Part shown: positions 28,446 through 37,958 of the stretch, piece by piece
How positions within the stretch are numbered: position 1 is the stretch's first letter
Layout: every line of letters begins with the position of its first letter
Notes under the pieces: model-generated
Seen by the model: the letters and a program-made list of their open reading frames with translations, nothing else
Database searches by the model: none
Told to the model about the DNA's origin: nothing
Position numbers and translations under genes: made by a program
DNA from: Salegentibacter sp.
GTDB lineage: Bacteria > Bacteroidota > Bacteroidia > Flavobacteriales > Flavobacteriaceae
NCBI GenBank assembly: GCA_035468275.1
Contig: DATISX010000096.1
Location: forward strand, 1 to 44,935
Length of the DNA stretch: 44,935 nt
Direction: 5' to 3'

Positions 28446-28474
28446 ATGAAACATTGGTTAAACTTCCGTTAAAC
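28446..28474 (-). promoter_or_regulatory. Tandem 11-bp-period direct repeats upstream of the TBDR gene (OmpR-family-like site)
   Basis: Minus strand reads GTTTAAC-ggaa-GTTTAAC-caat-GTTTCAT. Confidence 0.45.
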
Positions 28475-28534
28475 CGGAGTTTATCGTATTAATTCAGTTT
28501 TAAAGAGGCCATAAATAATACTGAAAATCAGTTC

Positions 28535-28903
28535 TTAAGACTTCCTTGTTAAACCTTTATTTACCTGAATATATTTTTCAAATTGTTCTTCAGTAAGAAT
28601 CTTTTTTAGCTTTTTGTGTTCGTTTCGCTGAACGGCCTGAAGCCTTCTAATTAAAGAATCTTCGTTAACTCCCGAATTCAATACCTCGTTCTTTCTTATG
28701 GTATAGGCAATAATCACATCTTCCATAAGCTGAGTTTGTTCATGGTCCAGATTTAGTTGATTTTTCCATGTAAACGCGAGTTCCCGGGCTATATCTTCAA
28801 GTTCATCCCTGTTTCTTTTATGAATGTAGATTTGAGAAAGCACAAATCCGGCCACCAATAAACCGGCGACTCCAATAATTGCAAATCTTTCTTGTGATTT
28901 CAT
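28535..28903 (-). CDS. Membrane-anchored helical protein with LTxxQ-like motifs
   Basis: Start MKSQERF (28903), N-terminal TM helix, LNLDHEQ and ILTEEQFEKY. Confidence 0.7.
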   Translation of the reverse strand: MKSQERFAIIGVAGLLVAGFVLSQIYIHKRNRDELEDIARELAFTWKNQLNLDHEQTQLMEDVIIAYTIRKNEVLNSGVNEDSLIRRLQAVQRNEHKKLKKILTEEQFEKYIQVNKGLTRKS

Positions 28904-28940
28904 TTTAGATAAATTTATACTAGTTAAATCAGATAAAACT

Positions 28941-29282
28941 CTAAAGCAGTTTGTCAATTTCCTCTGCAGGCCTGCCAACTACAGCTACATTTTCAGTTTC
29001 TACGATAGGTCTTTCAATTAATTTAGGATTTTTAGCCATAACTGTAATTAATTCTCTATCACTAAGATCTTTATTCTTGTAATTTTCTTTCCAGATCTTT
29101 TCGTTTTTTCTTAAAAGCTGTATAGGAGCAATATTGAGTTTTTTTAACAAAGAGATAAGCTCCTCTTCCGTGAGTTCGTCTTTTAAATATTCTCTTATTT
29201 TATATTCCTTCCCCGAAGCTTCTATCTTTTGAAGACCTTCCCGGGATTTTTTACATCGGGTATTGTGATAAATGGTAATCAT
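28941..29282 (-). CDS. arsC: ArsC family reductase (glutaredoxin-type fold)
   Basis: Start MITIYHNTRCKKSRE (29282) and NPKLIERPIV. Confidence 0.8.
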   Translation of the reverse strand: MITIYHNTRCKKSREGLQKIEASGKEYKIREYLKDELTEEELISLLKKLNIAPIQLLRKNEKIWKENYKNKDLSDRELITVMAKNPKLIERPIVETENVAVVGRPAEEIDKLL

Positions 29283-29348
29283 GTATGCTATTTTTTTTCT
29301 TAAAATAATCAATTATATTTAAAATCGAAAAGGGTTTGGGAATTTCTA

Positions 29349-30447
29349 TCAATCTTCATTCCGTTGTCCCATCATCATAAGATATGCTTTTAGAAAAGCA
29401 TCTATAGAACCATTCATAACATCATCTACATTACCCGTTTCCTCCCCGGTTCTCACGTCTTTTACGAGTTTATAAGGATGCATCACATAATTTCTTATTT
29501 GAGATCCCCATTCGATTTTCATTTTGGAATCTTCAATCTCTCTTCGCTGAGCCTGCTGCTTCTGAAGTTCAATTTCGTACAACTGGCTTTTCAAAAGCTG
29601 CATGGCTTTGGTTTTATTCTCCAGCTGAGAGCGAGTTTCCGAATTTTCCACAACAATTCCGGTGGGGGCGTGACGTAGTCTTACTGCTGTTTCCACCTTG
29701 TTAACATTCTGGCCTCCGGCTCCTGAAGAACGCATGGTTTCCCACGAGATGTCAGCAGGGTTGATATCTATTTCAATACTGTCATCGGCCAGTGGGTAAA
29801 CATAAACCGATGCAAAAGAAGTGTGGCGTTTTGCATTACTGTCAAATGGGGAAATTCGCACCAATCTGTGGACTCCGTTCTCTCCTTTTAACCAACCGAA
29901 AGCAAATTCGCCTTCAATTTCGAGGGTTACCGTTTTTATTCCTGCAACTTCCCCGGACTGATAATTGAGTTCCTTGATCCTGAAACCTCGTTTTTCTGCC
30001 CACATTAGGTACATGCGCATGAGCATTTCAGCCCAATCACAGCTTTCAGTACCTCCGGCGCCGGCAGTAATTTGCAATACCGCGCTTAGATTGTCCCCTT
30101 CTTCAGAAAGCATGTTTTTAAACTCCAGATCTTCAATAATATCTACCGCAAGGGAATGCTTTTCCTCAACATCTTCCGCAGAGGCTTCATCTTCACGGTA
30201 GAATTCATAGAGCACTTCAAGGTCTTCTACTAGAGTTTCTGCCTTCTCATAATCTTTTACCCAATGCTTAATAGCATTAAGTTCCTGCATAAGAAGTTCT
30301 GCTTTTTTTGGTTCATTCCAAAAGTCGGGGGCGAAGGTTTTCTCTTCCTGGTTGGTAATTTCTATTTGTTTGGCATCAATGTCAAAGATACCTCCTTAAC
30401 GCACCAAGGCGCTCTCTGAGATCTTTTACCTGCTCTGTTGAGATCAT
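29349..30447 (-). CDS. prfB: Peptide chain release factor 2, expressed by programmed +1 frameshift (365 aa)
   Basis: ORF0 [21 protein letters not shown] from 30447, then the +1 frame DIDAKQIE... joins the listed ORF. SPF tripeptide and GAGGQ motif present. Confidence 0.96.
30381..30396 (-). promoter_or_regulatory. RF2 frameshift cassette AGGAGG-TAT-CTT-TGA-C
   Basis: Read directly on the minus strand: an internal SD 3 nt before the CTT TGA C slippery site. Confidence 0.95.
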
Positions 30448-30545
30448 GTAGTCTTAATTTTAGCGTAAAAATAGAATTAAAGGCCCCTTCAGGAAAGTAT
30501 TTAACGATAATTTTATAGTTTTAGCAGTCTAAAAAATTATGCCAA

Positions 30546-32957
30546 ATGTTTCGACTTCTACTTACCCTATTGTTCTTCAGTATTTCACATTTTAGTATTG
30601 CTCAGTTTTTATCAGAAAAAGAAAATTTAAAATCCCAGGAGGGTTATTTCGATTTCCATTATAATGAAAAAGAAGATGAGATCTATCTTGAGGTAGATAA
30701 ACTTGACACTGAATTTCTATATACGCATTTTCTAACTAGTGGAATTGGTTCCAATGATATTGGCCTGGATCGTGGACAACTTGGTGGCGGGGTTGTAGTT
30801 AAATTTGTGAAAGCGGGAAATAAGCTTTTGCTTATTCAACCTAACCAAAAATATCGCGCTGAAACCGATAATGAATTGGAAAAAAGAAGCGTGGAACAGG
30901 CCTTTGCTCAATCGGTGATCTTTGGTTTTGAGGTCAAAGAACAAAAGGGAGATGTTTATGTTATTGATTTCACTCCATTTTTGATGCAGGATGCTCACGG
31001 GGTTGCTGAGCGATTAAAAAAAGGCGAGTACGGCACCTATAAGCTTGAAAAGAGCAGAAGTGCTCTTGCTATGGAACGCACGAAAGCTTTTCCTGAAAAT
31101 GTAGAGTTTGAGGCGCTCTTAACCTTTGAAGGAGAACCTAAAGGAAGAACCCTGCAATCTGTGGTTCCGGACACCAAAAATATTAGTGTGATTCAGCATC
31201 ATTCTTTTGTAAAACTTCCTGATGATGGTTATCAAAAAAGAATTTTCGATCCCAGAAGTGGCGCTATTCACATTTCTTACCTTGATTATTCCAGCCCCGT
31301 TTATGAGCCAATTGAAAAGCGTTTAGCCATTCGTCACCGACTTAAAAAGAAAGATACCCTTGCGGAAAAGAGTGAAGCTGAAGAACCTATTATTTATTAC
31401 CTGGACCCCGGAACTCCGGAGCCTGTAAAAACAGCCCTGCTGGATGGTGCAAAATGGTGGAACGAGGCTTTCGAGGAAATTGGATATAAAGATGCTTTTC
31501 AGGTAGAGATGCTCCCGGATAACGCCGATCCTCTTGATGTTCGCTATAACGTAATTCAATGGGTTCACCGCTCGACGCGAGGCTGGAGTTATGGTGCCAG
31601 CGTAGTAGATCCCAGAACCGGCGAGATCATTAAAGGACATGTAAGCCTGGGAAGTTTACGAATTCGGCAGGATTTCATGATCGCCCAGGCTTTAATGAAC
31701 CGCCCTTTTGCTGAAGACGATAAGAATCATCAGAAAATGATGGAAATGGCGCTTGCCAGAATCAGGCAGCTTTCTGCCCATGAAATAGGACACACCATTG
31801 GTTTTGCTCATAATTTTGCCGCGAGCCCCTCGGGAAGAAGTTCGGTGATGGATTATCCACATCCGCAATTCAGTATTAAAGATGGAGAAATAGATTTCGG
31901 CAATGCTTATGCAACCGGGATGGGGGATTGGGATAAGTTAACGGTAAAATATTCTTATGCCGATATTCCTGAAGATATTTCAGAAAGAAAATTCCTTAAT
32001 TCGGTTATTGAAGAAGCGCATGAAAAAGGCCTGCAATTTATTTCTGATTCCGATGCCCGGGCTCAGGGTGGAGCTCATGCAAAAGCCCATTTGTGGGATA
32101 ACGGCGAAGATGGGGTAGAGGAGTTGGAGAGGGTTTTAGAAATCAGGGAAAAAGCCATTAATAATTTTTCAGAAGATAATATTCGCACAGATGAAGCTTA
32201 TTCGGTTCTGGAAGATGTATTTGTTCCACTTTATTTCTTTCACAGGTATCAAACCGAAGCAGCAGTGAAGCTTATTGGTGGAATGAATTATAATTATGCT
32301 GTAAAAGGAGGCAATGAGCAAGCATGGGAAAGCCTGGATACCAAAACTCAAAAAGAGGCTCTATCAGGAATTCTAAAAACTTTGGATGCCAAAACTCTGG
32401 CTATTCCGGAAGAGAAACTTGCGCTTTTTCCACCGCGGGCTTTTGGTTTCAACCGAACAAGAGAATCCTTTAAAAGCAATACAGGTGTTGCCTTTGATGT
32501 TTTGGGAGCCCCGGTTACTGCTGCCGCAATGAGTATTTCCCTTCTGTTACATCCTGAAAGAGCTGCAAGACTCGTTCAGCAAAAAGCTTTGAATAAAAAG
32601 CAATTCGGGCTAGAGAATTTGCTGGAAGAACTTATTTCTGAAACTATTAAATCATCGCATCGCGATAATTATCTGAATTCAGTCCAGGAGGCGATAAATT
32701 ATAATGTTTTTGAACATTTGCTTTCATTAGCTGCAAATAGTAAAGCAACCCCTCAGGTTAGAGCGATAACAAATTTAGCTATAGATGACCTTGAGGAATG
32801 GCTTAACGGCCGGGAAGCAGCTGTAGCTAAAGAAATGTTACGAAACATCAGACAGTTCAGGGAGAATCCTGAAGATTTTAAAATTGAGAGTACCACGCCT
32901 AAAATTCCGGATGGAAGCCCTATTGGAAGTTTCGAGTGTTTTATTGATGAAATATAA
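30546..32957 (+). CDS. Exported zinc metalloprotease (DUF5117/DUF4953, EcxA-like)
   Basis: Signal peptide, DPRTGEII, HEIGHTIGFAH zincin motif and SSVMDY Met-turn. Confidence 0.88.
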   Translation: MFRLLLTLLFFSISHFSIAQFLSEKENLKSQEGYFDFHYNEKEDEIYLEVDKLDTEFLYTHFLTSGIGSNDIGLDRGQLGGGVVVKFVKAGNKLLLIQPNQKYRAETDNELEKRSVEQAFAQSVIFGFEVKEQKGDVYVIDFTPFLMQDAHGVAERLKKGEYGTYKLEKSRSALAMERTKAFPENVEFEALLTFEGEPKGRTLQSVVPDTKNISVIQHHSFVKLPDDGYQKRIFDPRSGAIHISYLDYSSPVYEPIEKRLAIRHRLKKKDTLAEKSEAEEPIIYYLDPGTPEPVKTALLDGAKWWNEAFEEIGYKDAFQVEMLPDNADPLDVRYNVIQWVHRSTRGWSYGASVVDPRTGEIIKGHVSLGSLRIRQDFMIAQALMNRPFAEDDKNHQKMMEMALARIRQLSAHEIGHTIGFAHNFAASPSGRSSVMDYPHPQFSIKDGEIDFGNAYATGMGDWDKLTVKYSYADIPEDISERKFLNSVIEEAHEKGLQFISDSDARAQGGAHAKAHLWDNGEDGVEELERVLEIREKAINNFSEDNIRTDEAYSVLEDVFVPLYFFHRYQTEAAVKLIGGMNYNYAVKGGNEQAWESLDTKTQKEALSGILKTLDAKTLAIPEEKLALFPPRAFGFNRTRESFKSNTGVAFDVLGAPVTAAAMSISLLLHPERAARLVQQKALNKKQFGLENLLEELISETIKSSHRDNYLNSVQEAINYNVFEHLLSLAANSKATPQVRAITNLAIDDLEEWLNGREAAVAKEMLRNIRQFRENPEDFKIESTTPKIPDGSPIGSFECFIDEI

Positions 32958-32975
32958 TTTAAAAGATAAAAAATG

Positions 32976-33077
32976 GATTTCCGCCGGAGTTTATCCCTTT
33001 TTTCGGTACAGAAATGAATAATTAAAACAGATTTCCGCCTTTACTGAAATAAATTCAGCACAGGCAGCGGAAATGAC
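32976..33077. repeat. Two tandem degenerate REP-like units (GATTTCCGCC...GAAATGA)
   Basis: GATTTCCGCC at 32976 and 33030, each followed by GAAATGA. The second unit folds ATTTCCGC/GCGGAAAT around an inner CTGAA/TTCAG hairpin. Confidence 0.55.
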
Positions 33078-33088
33078 AAAGCGATATT

Positions 33089-34117
33089 ATGAAAGAAATA
33101 GATTTAAGAAGCGACACGGTTACCCGGCCAACAAGCGGGATGCTAAAAGCGATTATGAGCGCCGAGGTTGGTGACGATGTGTATAAAGAAGACCCTACGG
33201 TTAATACTTTGGAGGAAAAGCTGGCCAAAATGTTTGGGATGGACGAGGCTTTGTTTTTTCCAACAGGAAGTATGGCCAACCAGGCCGCTATAAAATTACA
33301 CACTCAACCGGCAGAACAACTGATTTGTGATAAATGGGCTCATGTTTTTAATTACGAAGGCGGGGGAGTTTCCTTTAACAGCGGAGTTTCCTGTAAACTT
33401 GTAGATGGTAATCGCGGAATGATCACGGCTGCCCAGGTGGAGGAAAATATCAATCCGCCCGACTTTTATCACAGTCCGCTAACTAGTCTGGTTTGTTTGG
33501 AAAATACCACAAATAAAGGAGGCGGAGCATGTTATGATCTGGAAGAAATAAAGAAAATTCGCGAGGTGTGTAATAAACATGGGCTCGGATTACATTTGGA
33601 CGGGGCGAGGCTTTTTAATGCACTTGTTGTAAAAGACGAAGACCCCAAAGACTACGGTAAGTTATTTGACACCATTTCAGTTTGTTTGTCGAAAGGTTTG
33701 GGAACTCCCATGGGATCTGTACTTATTGGAAATAAAAAATTGATGAAGGGCGCTATGCGGGTTAGAAAAGTGCTTGGTGGCGGAATGCGGCAGGTTGGTT
33801 TTATGGCCGCGGCCGGAATTTACGCTCTTGATCATCATGTAGACCGATTGGCAATAGACCATAAAAGGGCTTCAGAAATAGGTGAAAAGCTACGCGACCA
33901 GAAATATGTGAAACTGGTGGAAGAGGTGGAAACCAATATTGTGATATTTTATCTTCAGAATCCATCAGATGAGGAAAAATTCATGAAACAACTGGAGAAG
34001 GAAAAAATCAGGATTAGCAACATGGGACAGGGCAAGCTCAGAATTGTCACCCATCTGGACTATTCCGAAGAAATGCATAAAAAGTTTTTAAAAATTCTTG
34101 AACAGATTGAACTATAA
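33089..34117 (+). CDS. ltaE: Low-specificity L-threonine aldolase
   Basis: DLRSDTVT.P, VGDDVY.EDP, LENT.N, HLDGAR and CLSKGLG. Confidence 0.92.
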   Translation: MKEIDLRSDTVTRPTSGMLKAIMSAEVGDDVYKEDPTVNTLEEKLAKMFGMDEALFFPTGSMANQAAIKLHTQPAEQLICDKWAHVFNYEGGGVSFNSGVSCKLVDGNRGMITAAQVEENINPPDFYHSPLTSLVCLENTTNKGGGACYDLEEIKKIREVCNKHGLGLHLDGARLFNALVVKDEDPKDYGKLFDTISVCLSKGLGTPMGSVLIGNKKLMKGAMRVRKVLGGGMRQVGFMAAAGIYALDHHVDRLAIDHKRASEIGEKLRDQKYVKLVEEVETNIVIFYLQNPSDEEKFMKQLEKEKIRISNMGQGKLRIVTHLDYSEEMHKKFLKILEQIEL

Positions 34118-34120
34118 AAG

Positions 34121-34150
34121 AGAATGCCCCGCTTAAAAACGGGGCATTCT
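34121..34150. terminator. Hairpin terminator between convergent genes
   Basis: AGAATGCCCCG-cttaaaaa-CGGGGCATTCT, an 11-bp perfect stem. Confidence 0.75.
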
Positions 34151-34170
34151 AATTATATTTTTCTGAAAAT

Positions 34171-34494
34171 TTATTTAAACATGTCCAATCCAGGAATATC
34201 TGGCATGCCGTCTTTGGCTACAGCAGCGAGTTCGGCTTCATTCATTTCAGAAGCGCGCTGAATCGCTTTGTTTAAGGTAAGAACCAGATAATCTTCCAGT
34301 TGCTCCCTGTCTTCCAGAAGTTCCTCGGCAATACTGATATTTTTTATCTCCCTGGCTGCCGTAATGGTAACTTTTAGAAGTTCATCACTTGATTTTTCCT
34401 CAAAACTAACGGTTTTAAGACGCTCTTTAGTAGCTTCAACTTTTTCCTGGGTTTCCTTGAGTTTATTCATCATACCCATCATATCTCCAAACAT
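34171..34494 (-). CDS. ybaB: YbaB/EbfC family nucleoid-associated protein
   Basis: [16 protein letters not shown]..., VTIT...I.I, D.EQLED and MPDIPG. TAAATTTG box at 34523-34530. Confidence 0.88.
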   Translation of the reverse strand: MFGDMMGMMNKLKETQEKVEATKERLKTVSFEEKSSDELLKVTITAAREIKNISIAEELLEDREQLEDYLVLTLNKAIQRASEMNEAELAAVAKDGMPDIPGLDMFK

Positions 34495-34556
34495 ATCTTC
34501 TTTTTTTTTGAATTCTGAATGACAAATTTACTAAATTACCACTCTAACTTCTTAAT

Positions 34557-36683
34557 ATGAAAACACTATTATTTTTTTTACTCGGAAGCCTTACATTTGC
34601 CACCGCACAAAATTCAACTGATTTGAAACAAGAGATAATACCTCCCAAAGCTCAGAAAATCGAGAAGAAACTGGAATTTCATGGGGACGTAAGGATAGAT
34701 AATTATTACTGGATGAACGACCGGGAAGATCCTGAAGTAATTGAATATCTGAAAAGCGAAAATGACTATAACGATAAGATGACGGCTCATACCAAAGAGT
34801 TTCAGGAGAAACTTTTTGAGGAAATGAAATCCCGAATTAAGGAAGATGACGAATCGGTGCCTTATAAATTGAATGGATACTGGTATCTAACCCGTTTTGA
34901 AAAGGGCTATGATTACCCGATCTATTCGCGTAAGAAAGAAAGTCTGGATGCTCCTGAAGAACTGATGTTCAATGTTAATGAAATGGCTGAAGGCCATGAT
35001 TACTACAGCCTTGGCGGACTTAATGTGAGTGAGGATAATAAACTCGTCGCATTTGGGGTAGATACAGTTAGCAGGAGAAAATATACCATTCAGGTAAAAA
35101 ACCTGGAAACCGGCGAGATTTTATCTGATAAAATTGAAAATACAACCGGTGGTTCCACCTGGGCTGCCGACAATAAGACCTTATTTTACACCAAAAAGGA
35201 TGACCAGACTTTACGATCGTACCGAATCTATAAACATGTTTTAGGGACCGATTCTTCAGAAGATGAACTTGTCTTTGAAGAAGAAGATGAAACCTTTAAT
35301 ACTTATGTATACAAATCGAAATCGAGAGAGTACATAATTATTGGTTACAGCAGCACTTTAACCACGGAATACCGTATTCTGAAAGCCGACGATCCCACAG
35401 GAGAATTTAAGGTAATCCAGGATCGTGAACGAGGATTGGAATATAGTATCTCGCATTTTGGAGATCATTTTTACGTCCTTACCAATATGGACGATGCCAC
35501 CAACTTTAAACTGATGAAAACTCCGGTTGATGCAACTTCCAAGGAAAACTGGACTGATGTTATTCCGCATAGGGAGGATGTTCTTCTGGAAGATATCGAC
35601 ATTTTTAAAGAATATCTGGTGGTGAGTGAACGTAATAACGGACTGAATAAAATAAAAGTCATGAAATGGGATGACGAGGAAGAATATTACATTCCTTTTG
35701 ATAATGAAACCTATACTGCTTATACCTCTATAAATCCTTCTTTTGATACCGATGTTCTTAGGTATACCTATAATTCGCTTACTACTCCAACTTCGGTTAT
35801 CGATTTTAATATGAAAACCAAGGAGAAATCCGTATTAAAAGAACAGCAAGTCCTGGGCGGCAAATTCGATAAGGACAATTATACTTCTGAAAGGATTTGG
35901 GCAACTGCCTCAGATGGAACAAAAGTGCCTGTATCTTTAGTTTATCGTAAAGGACTGGAAAAGGATTCTAAAAATCCGGTATTGCAATACGCTTACGGCT
36001 CTTATGGGTCAACTATAGATCCTTACTTTTCATCGGTGCGCCTGAGCTTGCTGGACAGAGGTTTTGTATATGCTATTGCCCACATTCGGGGAGGAGAGTA
36101 CCTTGGACGTAATTGGTATGAGGATGGAAAACTCTTCAGAAAAAAGAACACCTTTACCGATTTTGTTGATGTTTCTAAGCATTTAATCGAGGAGAATTAC
36201 ACTTCCAGTGATCATTTGTATGCTATGGGCGGTTCTGCCGGCGGATTACTAATGGGGGCCGTTGTGAACATGGCTCCTGAGCTTTATAACGGTGTGATTG
36301 CAGCTGTACCGTTTGTAGATGTGATAACAACGATGTTGGATGACAGTATTCCGCTTACTACAGGCGAGTATGACGAATGGGGGAATCCTAATAATTTAGA
36401 ATATTATGAGTATATGAAATCTTATTCTCCCTATGATAATGTAAAGGCACAGGACTATCCAAATATGCTGGTGACAACTGGTTTACATGATTCTCAGGTG
36501 CAATACTGGGAACCTGCTAAATGGGTAGCCAAATTAAGGGAGTTCAAAACAGATAATAACAAATTATTATTTCACACCAATATGGAAGCAGGGCACGGGG
36601 GAGCATCGGGAAGATTTGAGGCTCTCAAGGAAGTTGCCGAGGAATATGCCTTTCTGTTGGATTTGGAAGGTATAGCCGAATAA
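34557..36683 (+). CDS. ptrB: Oligopeptidase B (S9A), with signal peptide
   Basis: D.YYWM, YGSYG, HIRGG, GGSAGG nucleophile, HDSQV and AGHGG. Confidence 0.92.
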   Translation: MKTLLFFLLGSLTFATAQNSTDLKQEIIPPKAQKIEKKLEFHGDVRIDNYYWMNDREDPEVIEYLKSENDYNDKMTAHTKEFQEKLFEEMKSRIKEDDESVPYKLNGYWYLTRFEKGYDYPIYSRKKESLDAPEELMFNVNEMAEGHDYYSLGGLNVSEDNKLVAFGVDTVSRRKYTIQVKNLETGEILSDKIENTTGGSTWAADNKTLFYTKKDDQTLRSYRIYKHVLGTDSSEDELVFEEEDETFNTYVYKSKSREYIIIGYSSTLTTEYRILKADDPTGEFKVIQDRERGLEYSISHFGDHFYVLTNMDDATNFKLMKTPVDATSKENWTDVIPHREDVLLEDIDIFKEYLVVSERNNGLNKIKVMKWDDEEEYYIPFDNETYTAYTSINPSFDTDVLRYTYNSLTTPTSVIDFNMKTKEKSVLKEQQVLGGKFDKDNYTSERIWATASDGTKVPVSLVYRKGLEKDSKNPVLQYAYGSYGSTIDPYFSSVRLSLLDRGFVYAIAHIRGGEYLGRNWYEDGKLFRKKNTFTDFVDVSKHLIEENYTSSDHLYAMGGSAGGLLMGAVVNMAPELYNGVIAAVPFVDVITTMLDDSIPLTTGEYDEWGNPNNLEYYEYMKSYSPYDNVKAQDYPNMLVTTGLHDSQVQYWEPAKWVAKLREFKTDNNKLLFHTNMEAGHGGASGRFEALKEVAEEYAFLLDLEGIAE

Positions 36684-36698
36684 TTAAAAAATTTGCCT

Positions 36699-36706
36699 TA
36701 ACTTTG
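36699..36706 (+). promoter_or_regulatory. -7 promoter box (TAACTTTG) for the cysteine-synthase-like gene
   Basis: Exact TAnnTTTG; a second match, TAATTTTG, lies at 36753-36760. Confidence 0.5.
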
Positions 36707-36775
36707 GCCGGTTTGCAATCTGAACTTTTTCAATATTGGAAATTCAGTAAATTAATTTTGTAAAGAACTTCATTT

Positions 36776-37816
36776 ATGAAAGAAGAATTGCAAGTTTATG
36801 ATAACGTGTTACAATTAATAGGTAATACGCCGCTCATTCAACTTAAAAAAATCACAAAGGGTATTAAAGGTGAAATTTTTGCAAAGGTAGAAGCCTTTAA
36901 TCCGGGACACTCCACCAAAGATCGAATTGCATTATACATAATCGAAGAAGCTGAAAAGAAAGGAATTCTAAAACCGGGGGATACTATTATTGAAACCACC
37001 TCAGGAAATACGGGTTTTAGTATTGCAATGGTCAGCATAATTAAAGGTTATGAATGTATTTTAGCTGTTAGCTCCAAATCATCTAACGATAAAATCGATA
37101 TGCTGAAAACGATGGGAGCCAAGGTTTATGTATGCCCGGCTAACGTAGCAGCAGACGATCCCCGCTCTTATTATGAGGTAGCCAAAAGCTTGCATCAAGA
37201 GATTAAAGGATCGGTTTATATCAATCAGTACTTCAATGAGCTGAATATGGATGCTCACTTTAAAAGTACAGGACCTGAGATCTGGAAACAAACTGAAGGA
37301 AAAATAACCCATTTGATTGCGTGTAGTGGTACAGGAGGAACAATTTCAGGAACCGCTCGTTATTTAAAGGAACAAAATCCCGAAGTGAAGGTGATAGGAA
37401 TTGATGCTTTTGGTTCAGTTCTTAAAAAATATCATGAAACCAAAGAATTTGATGCCGAAGAGATTTATCCTTACCGCATTGAAGGATTGGGCAAGAACCT
37501 AATCCCAACTGCTACAGATTTCGATGCTATCGATAAATTCGTAAAAGTTACCGATGAGGAAAGCGCGCATACAGCACGTGAACTGGCAAAAACCGAAGGT
37601 TTATTTGTAGGTTATACCAGTGGTGCTGCAATGCAAGGCCTCAAGCAACTTGCCGATGAAGGTGAGTTTGATGAAAACAGTAAAGTAGTGGTTATTTTCC
37701 CAGATCATGGATCAAGGTACATGAGTAAAATCTATAATGATAACTGGATGAATGAGCAAGGCTTTTTTGATACTCAGAATGAAGCCGCTGCACAGAGGAT
37801 TGAATTCATAAAGTAA
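36776..37816 (+). CDS. PLP-dependent cysteine synthase/CBS-family enzyme, probable cysteate synthase (CapA-like)
   Basis: [15 protein letters not shown] (PLP Lys), TSGNTG, SGTGGT, IEGLG and PDHGSRY. The cysteate assignment is inferred from its neighbour. Confidence 0.8.
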   Translation: MKEELQVYDNVLQLIGNTPLIQLKKITKGIKGEIFAKVEAFNPGHSTKDRIALYIIEEAEKKGILKPGDTIIETTSGNTGFSIAMVSIIKGYECILAVSSKSSNDKIDMLKTMGAKVYVCPANVAADDPRSYYEVAKSLHQEIKGSVYINQYFNELNMDAHFKSTGPEIWKQTEGKITHLIACSGTGGTISGTARYLKEQNPEVKVIGIDAFGSVLKKYHETKEFDAEEIYPYRIEGLGKNLIPTATDFDAIDKFVKVTDEESAHTARELAKTEGLFVGYTSGAAMQGLKQLADEGEFDENSKVVVIFPDHGSRYMSKIYNDNWMNEQGFFDTQNEAAAQRIEFIK

Positions 37817-37844
37817 AATTTTGATAACATACAGCAAAAATATC

Positions 37845-37878
37845 AAGGCATCCCGGAGCACGGGATGCCTTTGTTTTT
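37845..37878 (+). terminator. Intrinsic terminator
   Basis: AAGGCATCCCG-gagca-CGGGATGCCTT followed by TGTTTTT. Confidence 0.8.
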
Positions 37879-37929
37879 ATGTAAAATAAAGGCCGAAAAA
37901 TAACTTTGTACAGTTGATTCTATTTTAAG

Positions 37930-37937
37930 TATTTTTG
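37930..37937 (+). promoter_or_regulatory. -7 promoter box (TATTTTTG) for the alpha-oxoamine synthase
   Basis: Exact TAnnTTTG, 21 nt before ATG 37959; a second match lies at 37901-37908. Confidence 0.55.
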
Positions 37938-37958
37938 CGGCTAGTTAAAAAAACATCG

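Noticed and set aside
28941-29282. arsC as part of an arsenic-resistance island
   Set aside because: No arsR, acr3/arsB or mobile element nearby. It sits beside prfB as a stand-alone family member.
30382-30447. prfB as a pseudogene or sequencing error
   Set aside because: The break is at the canonical SD-CTT-TGA-C programmed frameshift site.
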